Below, piece by piece: positions 46,396 to 53,646 of a DNA stretch of 54,892 nucleotides (its first letter is position 1; each line of letters begins with the position of its first letter). The stretch spans positions 1 through 54,892 of the forward strand of contig JAFXNB010000057.1 in NCBI GenBank assembly GCA_017529935.1, given 5' to 3'. Made by a program: the position numbers and the translations under genes. The notes under the pieces were generated by a model. The model ran no database searches. It was not told the origin of the DNA and saw only the letters and a program-made list of their open reading frames with translations. The stretch is from Selenomonadaceae bacterium (lineage in GTDB: Bacteria; Bacillota; Negativicutes; Selenomonadales; Selenomonadaceae).

Positions 46396-46601
46396 GAACT
46401 CGCCGTGCTTGATTTTGGAGATTTGCCTCCGAAATCTGCGCGGAAAAGCTGTTTGGAGGAATTTTTTTAGACTTGCGCGCTTGATTTTGGAGATTTACCG
46501 TCGAAATCTGCGCGGAAAAGTTGTTTGGAGGAATTTTTTTGGTAGAAGAGACAAAAAATAAACTCGCCGCGCTTGATTTTGGCGAATTGCCCGCCGAAAT
46601 C
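46396..46601 (+). repeat. Tandem triplication of the 5' end of the downstream gene (73-bp, 72-bp and a diverged third copy)
   Basis: Copies 46396-46468 and 46469-46540 each contain ..CTTGATTTTGGAGATTT(G/A)CC..GAAATCTGCGCGGAAAAG..GTTTGGAGGAATTTTTTT. The third copy (46561-46601 core) is the real coding start ..LAALDFGELPAEI.. Confidence 0.85.
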
Positions 46602-47192
46602 GAGGGTTTCACGCTGAAAAAAGTTTTCGCGGAGGACGGCGACAAATTTATTTTCTTTATCTGCGCCGACGACGCGACACATTGCGCTTTGACGATTTAT
46701 TTTCACGAAGAGACGCGCGAGTTTAAAATTCGGCAGAAAATCGGCTTGACGGAGTTTTGTTTGACTAATTTTTTCACGGAGGACTTTGAACACTTTAAAA
46801 AGCTGCTTGACGCCCAACTTGTTGGCGTTTTGAAAGATTTACGCGAGATTCTACGCAAAGAGCCGAATATTTTCCTGCGCGAGAAGAAAATCGACGCGTG
46901 GAGCTACGGAAAAAGTCTTCCCGCGACTTTTGAGGGCTTTGAACTGTTTATCAGCCCCGCCGCGCCCGTCGAAGTCACGAACGGCTCGTTTATCATCATT
47001 AATTACGCTGACTTCAAGATTAACAGCGATTTTGTTCTTTACTACAACATTTACAGCGACGAATTCAGCGGCGAACGGCGAATCAACGGCGCACCCGAAA
47101 TTACCTACGCTTTCGACGCGAAAACACTGGAGGAGCTGGAAGATAAGCTTAAAAATAATTTGTCCGCCGAACTTCGCGCGATTCGGCAATAA
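46539..47192 (+). CDS. Hypothetical protein (about 217 aa)
   Basis: Long ORF. TTG 46539 lies 6 nt after GGAGGA (the ORF track starts at TTG 46521). No motif recognised. Confidence 0.5.
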   Translation: MVEETKNKLAALDFGELPAEIEGFTLKKVFAEDGDKFIFFICADDATHCALTIYFHEETREFKIRQKIGLTEFCLTNFFTEDFEHFKKLLDAQLVGVLKDLREILRKEPNIFLREKKIDAWSYGKSLPATFEGFELFISPAAPVEVTNGSFIIINYADFKINSDFVLYYNIYSDEFSGERRINGAPEITYAFDAKTLEELEDKLKNNLSAELRAIRQ

Positions 47193-47336
47193 AAAAATCC
47201 CCGCCCGCTTTAAAAGCGGGGGAACAGCGGTCGCGATTAACTAATCGAAATTTTTAACATTGTCGCCGCGCATTTACAAAAAAAAACTCCCGTCAAATGA
47301 TTTGGCGGGAGAGAATTTTTATTTTAAGAAAGGAGA

Positions 47337-48722
47337 TTAGCGTTTGTAAGCGGTGACTTGCTTGTAATGTTTCTTGAAGAATTCTTCGGCGACTTGCGGG
47401 AAGAGCGCGTAGCTGAGAACGTCTTCATCAGTCGGGTTGAGGAAGCCTTTGTTAATCAATTCGTCCTTGAATTGCGCGAAAGTTTCGCCCTTCGCGTCTT
47501 CGACGGAGCAATCGTCGATGATTTGGTTTGCGGGGACTTTGAGCGTCTTGATAATGAAATCGCGGTCGACGGGCACGGGCGTGCGTCCGAATTTGCCGCG
47601 AACCATATCTTTAAATTCGTTCGGAACGAGTTTATAGCGTTCGCCCGCCATGACGTTCATAGTTGCTTGCGTGCCGACGATTTGGCTTGACGGCGTGACG
47701 AGCGGCGGATAACCGGCGTCAGCGCGGACACGCGGCATTTCGTCGAGTAAGTCTTGATATTTATCTTCCATGCCGGCTTCTTTGAGTTGGTTGGCGAGAT
47801 TGGAGAGCATGCCGCCGGGGATTTGGAAGTCGAGAACGTTGACGTTGATGTCGAAGTAGCCTTTCAGCCCGAATTCTTTAATAAGCTCCGCCTTGACGCC
47901 GAGGAAATGTTTCGCGATTGGAGTCATGGCTTGACGGTCGAGTTTAGTGTCGCGTTCGTGACCGGCTAACATGGCGACGATTGTCTCCGTGCAAGGCTGG
48001 GACGTGTCGCTGGAGAACGGAGAGAGCGCGCAGTCAACGATATCAACGCCCGCTTCAATCGCCTTAAGATAAGTTGCGTGACCGAAGCCGCTCGTGCAGT
48101 GCGTGTGCAATTCAACGGGAATATCCAAGCCGGCTTTAAGTTTCTTAACGAGGTCGTCGGCGGCGTAGGGCGCGAGCAAGCCGGACATATCTTTAATACA
48201 GACGCTGTGGCAACCCATTTCCTGAAGTTCCTTCGCCAGCTCAACGAACATTTCATTTGTATGGACGGGGCTAATCGTGTAGACGAGGCAACCTTGGACT
48301 TCGGGCTTTTCGGGGCAAGCGAGCGCGGCTTTAATCGCGACGCGCAGATTGCGAACGTCGTTAAGGGCGTCGAAAATGCGGAAGACGCCGATACCGTGCG
48401 CCGAGGCGTGCTGAACGAATTTTTCTACCACGTAGTTTGAATAGTGATTGTAGCCGAGCAAGTTTTGCCCGCGCAGGAGCATTTGAATTGGCGTGTTCTT
48501 GAGGTTAGCCTTAAGTTTATCGAGACGTTCCCACGGGTCTTCGTCCAAAAATCTCAGGCAGCTGTCGAAAGTCGCGCCGCCCCATGCTTCCAGAGCTTTA
48601 TAGCCGATTTTGTCGAGACTGGCAAGCATCGGCTCCATTTGACGATAGCGCATGCGCGTGGCAAGTAGCGATTGATGCCCGTCGCGCAAGACTGTTTCCA
48701 TAATTTGAAGCGGTTTCGCCAT
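47337..48722 (-). CDS. Carboxyltransferase subunit (OadA / PycB / transcarboxylase 5S type) lacking a biotinyl domain
   Basis: 461 aa with N-terminal ..IMETVLRDGHQSLLATRM.. TIM-barrel carboxyltransferase signature. There is no C-terminal ..AMKM.. biotin motif. Confidence 0.75.
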   Translation of the reverse strand: MAKPLQIMETVLRDGHQSLLATRMRYRQMEPMLASLDKIGYKALEAWGGATFDSCLRFLDEDPWERLDKLKANLKNTPIQMLLRGQNLLGYNHYSNYVVEKFVQHASAHGIGVFRIFDALNDVRNLRVAIKAALACPEKPEVQGCLVYTISPVHTNEMFVELAKELQEMGCHSVCIKDMSGLLAPYAADDLVKKLKAGLDIPVELHTHCTSGFGHATYLKAIEAGVDIVDCALSPFSSDTSQPCTETIVAMLAGHERDTKLDRQAMTPIAKHFLGVKAELIKEFGLKGYFDINVNVLDFQIPGGMLSNLANQLKEAGMEDKYQDLLDEMPRVRADAGYPPLVTPSSQIVGTQATMNVMAGERYKLVPNEFKDMVRGKFGRTPVPVDRDFIIKTLKVPANQIIDDCSVEDAKGETFAQFKDELINKGFLNPTDEDVLSYALFPQVAEEFFKKHYKQVTAYKR

Positions 48723-48907
48723 AAAGTCATCTCTCCTTTAAAATAATATTCCAACGTTGAAACGATTATAGATTTTCTTTTTTGCAATGTCAATCGGCGC
48801 GGCGAAATTTATAAATGAAACTTATGCTATTATTCCTCGACTACAATCGAACTTCGCGGCGGGAAATTTTTTGGTGATTGATTCACTGAAAAAAATCTGT
48901 AAAGATA

Positions 48908-48936
48908 TTGGCAAGCGGCGGCAGATTATGTATAAT
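48908..48936 (+). promoter_or_regulatory. Candidate minCDE promoter
   Basis: -35 TTGGCA (48908-13), 17-nt spacer, -10 TATAAT (48931-36). Confidence 0.5.
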
Positions 48937-48975
48937 GCACGCGGAATCATTTTTAATTCATAGGCGGTGATAAAC

Positions 48976-49620
48976 ATGAGTGACATAGTTACGATTAAGG
49001 GGCTTAAGTACGGCTTGCAGCTGACTTTCGAGAAGGGCGCAACATTCGACGACGTGAAGGCAAACCTGCTTGACAAGCTCCAATCGGGCAACGGATTTTT
49101 TATTCGCGGGACAACGGTTTTCGTTCCGAAGGGCTACTTTGCCGAAGAACAGAACGAAGCTTTGCGCAAAATGTTTCATCGGCACGGAATGCTTTTCAGC
49201 ACAGAATTGAAACGCCCGAATCTTGCGCCGCCGTCACGCGACACGTCCTCTAAAGCTCCCGCGCAGAAATTTAAAGAGAGCGTCGAGGAAGCTCAGAAAA
49301 TGATGGTAATAAATCATACAGTTCGCGGCGGGCAGGAGGTTAAGGCAAATTGCTCCGTGCTGATTTGCGGCAACGTCAACCCCGGCGCACAAGTCATCGC
49401 GGGCGGTTCGATTGACATTCGCGGCACGTGCAGGGGCTTCGTTCACGCGGGAGCTTTCGGCGACAAAACGGCGTGCGTCGTGGCGGATAGGCTCATGCCC
49501 GTTCAAATTCGCATTGCCGACTTGGTTGCACGCGCGCCCGATGAAGACGTTAAAGCCAGCCAAGCCGAACGCGCCATGATTAAGGACAACATGATTATTT
49601 TTGAACCCGTTGCGCGGTAA
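48976..49620 (+). CDS. minC: Septum site-determining protein MinC
   Basis: C-terminal beta-helix ..VRGGQEVKANCSVLICGNVNPGAQVIAGGSIDIRG.. It lies upstream of minD. Confidence 0.85.
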   Translation: MSDIVTIKGLKYGLQLTFEKGATFDDVKANLLDKLQSGNGFFIRGTTVFVPKGYFAEEQNEALRKMFHRHGMLFSTELKRPNLAPPSRDTSSKAPAQKFKESVEEAQKMMVINHTVRGGQEVKANCSVLICGNVNPGAQVIAGGSIDIRGTCRGFVHAGAFGDKTACVVADRLMPVQIRIADLVARAPDEDVKASQAERAMIKDNMIIFEPVAR

Positions 49621-49647
49621 AATTTTTTCTACGGAAGGGAAAATTAT

Positions 49648-50439
49648 ATGAGTCAGATTTTAGTAATAACGTCGGGCAAAGGCGGCGTCGGCAAGACGAC
49701 AACCACGGCAAATATCGGCGTCGGGCTTGCCATGCGCGGTCACAAAGTCGCGTTGATTGACACGGACACGGGGCTTCGCAACCTTGACCTTTTGCTCGGC
49801 TTGGAAAATCGCATTTTGTATGATCTTGTCGACGTGACGAGCGGGCGCGTTGCCTACAAAAAAGCCCTCGTCCGCCACAAAAAGTATGAAAATCTTTATC
49901 TCCTGCCCACGTCGCAAATTAAGGACAAGTCCGCCTTCAATCCCGAACAGCTCGTGACCCTCTGCGACGAAATGAAAAAGGAATTCGATTTTATCATAAT
50001 CGATTGTCCCGCAGGAATTGAACAGGGCTTTAAGACGGCGATTGCCGCCGCCGATACCGCGATTGTCGTGACTATGCCCGAAATTTCAGCCGTTCGCGAC
50101 GCGGACAAAATTATCGGCGAACTCGGTCGCGCGGATAAGGAAAATGTCAAGCTTATCGTCAACAGAATTCGTCCGCAGATGGTTGAAAAGGGCGATATGC
50201 TCGACATGGGCGACATTGACGAAATTTTATCGGTCGCGTGTATAGGGCAAGTTCCCGACGACGAAAACGTTGTCGTCGCCACAAATCGCGGTGAGCCCGT
50301 TATCACGATGAGCGGCTCGACGGCTGGGCAAGCGTACAAAAATATCGTTGCCCGACTGTGCGGCGAGAACGTCCCCTTCCTCAAACCGCAAAAGGAAGGC
50401 TTCTTCGCCCGGCTGAAAAAACTTTTCGGCTTGCTGTAA
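49648..50439 (+). CDS. minD: Septum site-determining ATPase MinD
   Basis: Deviant Walker A ITSGKGGVGKTT, 263 aa. Confidence 0.95.
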   Translation: MSQILVITSGKGGVGKTTTTANIGVGLAMRGHKVALIDTDTGLRNLDLLLGLENRILYDLVDVTSGRVAYKKALVRHKKYENLYLLPTSQIKDKSAFNPEQLVTLCDEMKKEFDFIIIDCPAGIEQGFKTAIAAADTAIVVTMPEISAVRDADKIIGELGRADKENVKLIVNRIRPQMVEKGDMLDMGDIDEILSVACIGQVPDDENVVVATNRGEPVITMSGSTAGQAYKNIVARLCGENVPFLKPQKEGFFARLKKLFGLL

Positions 50440-50451
50440 GGAGGGCTGTCC

Positions 50452-50718
50452 ATGCTTGACGTTTTAAAAAGAGTCTTCGGCATGTCCGAAAAAAAATCGG
50501 GTGCGGTCGCCAAGGAACGTTTGCAAGTGGTGCTTATTCACGACCGCGCCAGCATTTCGCCGGAAATTATGGAAAAGATTAAGGAAGAAATTATAACCGT
50601 TTTATCTAAGTACATGAACATAAACCGCACGGAGATGGAAATTGCGCTTGAAAATGATTCCGATTCGGTTGCGCTCGTCGCCAATATCCCCGTCAACTCC
50701 ATGCGTCACGCCAGATAA
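50452..50718 (+). CDS. minE: Cell division topological specificity factor MinE
   Basis: 88 aa with ..SGAVAKERLQVVLIHDR.. It is followed by a terminator hairpin and T-run (about 50727-50755). Confidence 0.9.
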   Translation: MLDVLKRVFGMSEKKSGAVAKERLQVVLIHDRASISPEIMEKIKEEIITVLSKYMNINRTEMEIALENDSDSVALVANIPVNSMRHAR

Positions 50719-50836
50719 AAAATTTTGAGCGGTCAAAGCGGCCGCTCTTTTTTTGCCTTGATTAGTGCCGCACTTTCTTGTAAAATAAGCGCGTTACCGA
50801 AGACTCTTTCCTGGGTAACAGGAGGAGGTGTTATTT

Positions 50837-50917
50837 ATGCTGACGGTATTCGTCGTGACGGTCGCAGCAAATGTTGTATCGTACTTCATTTGCAAGTGGC
50901 TTGACCGCCGCAGGTAA
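50837..50917 (+). CDS. Type I toxin candidate, Fst-like 26-aa hydrophobic peptide MLTVFVVTVAANVVSYFICKWLDRRR
   Basis: Promoter TTGATT(50758)-17 nt-TAAAAT(50781). SD GGAGGAGGTG. Single TM segment plus basic tail. Terminator 50955-50990. Confidence 0.65.
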   Translation: MLTVFVVTVAANVVSYFICKWLDRRR

Positions 50918-50945
50918 CAAAAGCCCGTGGTTATCGTTACTCTAC

Positions 50946-51029
50946 AAAACGAGCGAAAACCCCCGATAGCTGGTCGGGGGTTTTCTTTTGTTAATCATGC
51001 TGACGGTCAAATTGGTTTCCTCTAAATAC
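50946..51029 (-). ncRNA. Candidate antitoxin sRNA 1 (convergent, shares the bidirectional terminator)
   Basis: Minus-strand promoter TTGCAA(51064-51059)-17 nt-TAAACT(51041-51036). The transcript contains ACCGUCAGCAU, complementary to the toxin start region AUGCUGACGGU. Ends are approximate. Confidence 0.5.
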
Positions 51030-51173
51030 GCCTAAAGTTTAGCACACGCTGAAAATTTTTGCAAGGGGGAACTCAGCGGAGTCGCCGCCTTGATTCAAAA
51101 AATATTTCCGTGTAAAATCAGCATGTCGGTCACGGACGACCCCCAATCGCCATAATAAAAGGAGGTGGCGAGT

Positions 51174-51254
51174 GTGTTTGAACAGTTCGTTATAACTGTC
51201 GCAGCAGGCGTGGTAACGCACCTCATCTGCAAGTGGCTCGACAGTCGTAAGTGA
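51174..51254 (+). CDS. Type I toxin candidate copy 2: (GTG)FEQFVITVAAGVVTHLICKWLDSRK
   Basis: Promoter TTGATT(51090)-17 nt-TAAAAT(51113). SD GGAGGTGG. GTG start aligned to the ATG of copy 3. Terminator 51293-51327. Confidence 0.6.
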   Translation: MFEQFVITVAAGVVTHLICKWLDSRK

Positions 51255-51283
51255 CCAAGAGCACGTGGTTATCGTTAATCTAT

Positions 51284-51363
51284 AAAACGAGCGAAAACCC
51301 TCGGCGGCAACCGGGGGTTTTCTTTTGACGAGTATGTTTGAACTAAGTTACTTTCATAAGTGC
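51284..51363 (-). ncRNA. Candidate antitoxin sRNA 2
   Basis: Promoter TTGCAA(51398-51393)-17 nt-TAAACT(51375-51370). It contains GUUCAAACAUACUCG, complementary (with one G-U) to the toxin TIR CGAGUGUGUUUGAAC. Confidence 0.5.
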
Positions 51364-51507
51364 ATTTAAAGTTTAACACGTCGATAAAATTTTTGCAAGT
51401 GGGAACTCAGCGGAGCTGCCGCCTTGATTCAAAAAATATTTTCGTGTAAAATCAGCATGTCGGTCACGGACAACCTCCAATCTCGCCGGCGAAAGGAGGT
51501 GGCGGGC

Positions 51508-51588
51508 ATGCTGGAGCAGTTCGTAGTAACTGTCGCAGCGGGTGTGGTAACGTACCTCATCTGCAAGTGGCTCGACAGTCGTAAGTGA
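51508..51588 (+). CDS. Type I toxin candidate copy 3: MLEQFVVTVAAGVVTYLICKWLDSRK
   Basis: Promoter TTGATT(51424)-17 nt-TAAAAT(51447). SD GGAGGTGG. Terminator 51627-51660. Confidence 0.65.
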   Translation: MLEQFVVTVAAGVVTYLICKWLDSRK

Positions 51589-51617
51589 CCAAGAGCACGT
51601 GGTTATCGTTAATCTAT

Positions 51618-51696
51618 AAAACGAGCGAAAACCCCCGATAGCAGTCGGGGGTTTTCTTTTGGCGATCATGCTGGAACTAGTTACTTTCGTAAGTAC
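51618..51696 (-). ncRNA. Candidate antitoxin sRNA 3
   Basis: Promoter TTGCAA(51731-51726)-17 nt-TAAACT(51708-51703). It contains UCCAGCAUGAUC, complementary to the toxin start CAUGCUGGA. Confidence 0.5.
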
Positions 51697-51812
51697 AGCT
51701 GAAGTTTAACACGTCGATAAAATTTTTGCAATAGTAAAATCAAAGGAGCCGCCGATTTCTCGGAGACTCCCGTTATTTACGTTATAAGATTGTTTCGGTT
51801 GAAAGTGACGGC

Positions 51813-53243
51813 TTAGAAGAAGAACTCAACACGACCGAAGAGGCGTTCCGCATCGCCAGGGCCGGTGATGTATTTGCCCTTGAAGTACTTCGCGAGGACA
51901 ACGATTCTATCCATCGGTGCCCAGCTTGCGCCTGCGACGAAGCCCTTGGTGCCGGCATAAGCGTCATCCCAGTTAATACCGCAGAGGGAGGTGTTGGAGC
52001 CGAGTTCTTTATAACCAGCCCAGACAGCCCATTGACCCTTCTTGGTGTTCTGGTTGCCGCCGCCGTAGAGGTCGCCGTAACGAACGAGTGCCTGCCAAGA
52101 TCTCTTCTCGTAGTCGGCTTTAGAGTTGCGTGCATATGCGCCCCAGATTTGCGCTTTGCCAAGTCTCCAACCGGCGTTGATAGTCCAGATTTGAGCCTTG
52201 TCGGTGTCGCCCTTCTTGCTGTAGAAGTAGTTGGGAACGTAATCTTCGCCCTTGGTATATTCTCCGATAGCTTGGAAATCCTTGTCTTTGATAGCGTAGT
52301 AGCCCAAGCCGCCGAAGAGACCTTTTGCACCCGGGTCGTACTGAAGGTTGATACCAACGAAGCTGGAAGTATGTTTGCTGTCGCTACCGAGTCTGCCAGT
52401 TGCTTCTTCCCAGCGATCGTTTGCGCTAACGCCGTCTTGACGTCCGTTCCAAGAACCTGCATTGCGGATAGCACCGTTTACTTTGTCAGCCCTAAGACGA
52501 CCGCCGTAGATAGTAGCTCTCAAGCCGTTTGCGAGTTTGCCGAAGGTAATCTCACCGCCGGTGTATTCAGTATCCCAGATGATACCGTCTTCATTGGTGT
52601 AGAGGGGTTGACGACCGACTTTAACTTGGAAGTTGTCGTAGTCACCTTGTGCCCAACCACGAACCAGTTCAAAGTTGCTGGAGGTGTCATGGCTCAAGTC
52701 GACGTGTGCGTCAATACGAGCGCGGAGCGTCCAGTGGTCGTTGACGTAAGCGATAGGCTCGAAGCGGAAGATCCAGTCGTCTTGTTTAACGCGGGTGTGC
52801 TCGCTGGTGCTGTGGTGACGGTTACGCTGGTCAGCCCAAACGTTGTCGGTTCTGTGGTTCTTGTAGGTGTACTCGATTTTGCCCTGCCAGACAACTTTGT
52901 CAGCATACTTTTCGAGTTCAGCTACGCGAACGCCGAGAGCGTCGAGTTCATCACGGAATTCAGCCGCGAGGCGGTCGAGTTCGGCTTTGTTTGCGCCGGT
53001 CGGGTTCTTCGCCATGGCTTTAGCAATCATCTGCGCCATTTCGTAACGGGTGATGTTGCGGTCGCCGCGATAGGTGCCGTCGCCGTAACCTTCGATAACG
53101 CCTTCAGCCGCCAATTTGGAAACCGAGTTGTAAGCCCAGTGACCAGCCGGAACATCGCTGAACGGATTGGCTGCTGCCGATACACTTGCACTTGCGCTGA
53201 CGACAAACGCCGCTGCCAATGCTGCTGCTACTGACTTCTTCAT
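51813..53243 (-). CDS. SLH-domain outer-membrane porin (OmpM/Mep45-like)
   Basis: Start ATG 53243 behind AAGGAGGA. Signal peptide MKKSVAAALAAAFVVSASASVSA, SLH ..FSDVPAGHWAYNSVSKLAAEGVIEGYGDGTYRGD.., a coiled coil, a beta-barrel and the C-terminal ..RVEFFF. Confidence 0.8.
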   Translation of the reverse strand: MKKSVAAALAAAFVVSASASVSAAANPFSDVPAGHWAYNSVSKLAAEGVIEGYGDGTYRGDRNITRYEMAQMIAKAMAKNPTGANKAELDRLAAEFRDELDALGVRVAELEKYADKVVWQGKIEYTYKNHRTDNVWADQRNRHHSTSEHTRVKQDDWIFRFEPIAYVNDHWTLRARIDAHVDLSHDTSSNFELVRGWAQGDYDNFQVKVGRQPLYTNEDGIIWDTEYTGGEITFGKLANGLRATIYGGRLRADKVNGAIRNAGSWNGRQDGVSANDRWEEATGRLGSDSKHTSSFVGINLQYDPGAKGLFGGLGYYAIKDKDFQAIGEYTKGEDYVPNYFYSKKGDTDKAQIWTINAGWRLGKAQIWGAYARNSKADYEKRSWQALVRYGDLYGGGNQNTKKGQWAVWAGYKELGSNTSLCGINWDDAYAGTKGFVAGASWAPMDRIVVLAKYFKGKYITGPGDAERLFGRVEFFF

Positions 53244-53646
53244 TTTGAACATCCTCCTTAAAGGTGTCACTCAAGAAAGTTTACTTCGGATGACTTTCCT
53301 GACTTGGCTCGGAAGTTGTTCAAAATTGAGTGTCCGTGTTTCCTCAACTCTTCCGGACTTCGTTTGCCTTGTCCCTCAAGTCGCCGCAATAATAGCGCAG
53401 AAATTTTCGCCTGTCAAGCCTCTTGAAAAAAATTTTTATTGTTGTTTTCATGTTAGTTTCATGTTATAATTTAAAATTTTCTTTCAGGTATTTTTCAAGC
53501 AGAACTTATCAACCTTAGCCCCAGAGAAAATTTGCCGTAAATCATTTTTGTATGCAGATATTATTCAGATTCAGCACGCGGAAACAAAAAGAGCCTCCGA
53601 TTTTTCGGAAGCTCCTCCCTGAATATTTTCTGTGGGAATTTGTTAA

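Noticed and set aside
51039-51669. Minus-strand ORFs 51039-51221 and 51373-51669 sharing ..VRDRHADFTRKYFLNQGG.SAEFPLAKI..
   Set aside because: Their similarity only reflects the repeated DNA of the type I TA modules. They run antisense through promoters, SDs and terminators, and have no SD of their own.
52032-53234. 400-aa plus-strand ORF antisense to the OmpM gene. Similar long antisense ORFs are 24343-25233, 25665-26408, 28195-28884, 29101-29976, 37661-38419, 18341-18970 and 49896-50513.
   Set aside because: In each case the opposite strand carries unambiguous domain motifs (SLH/porin, NPPF methylase, AMP-binding, SDR, PLP desulfurase, MinD). The antisense frames are low-complexity with no motifs or SDs.
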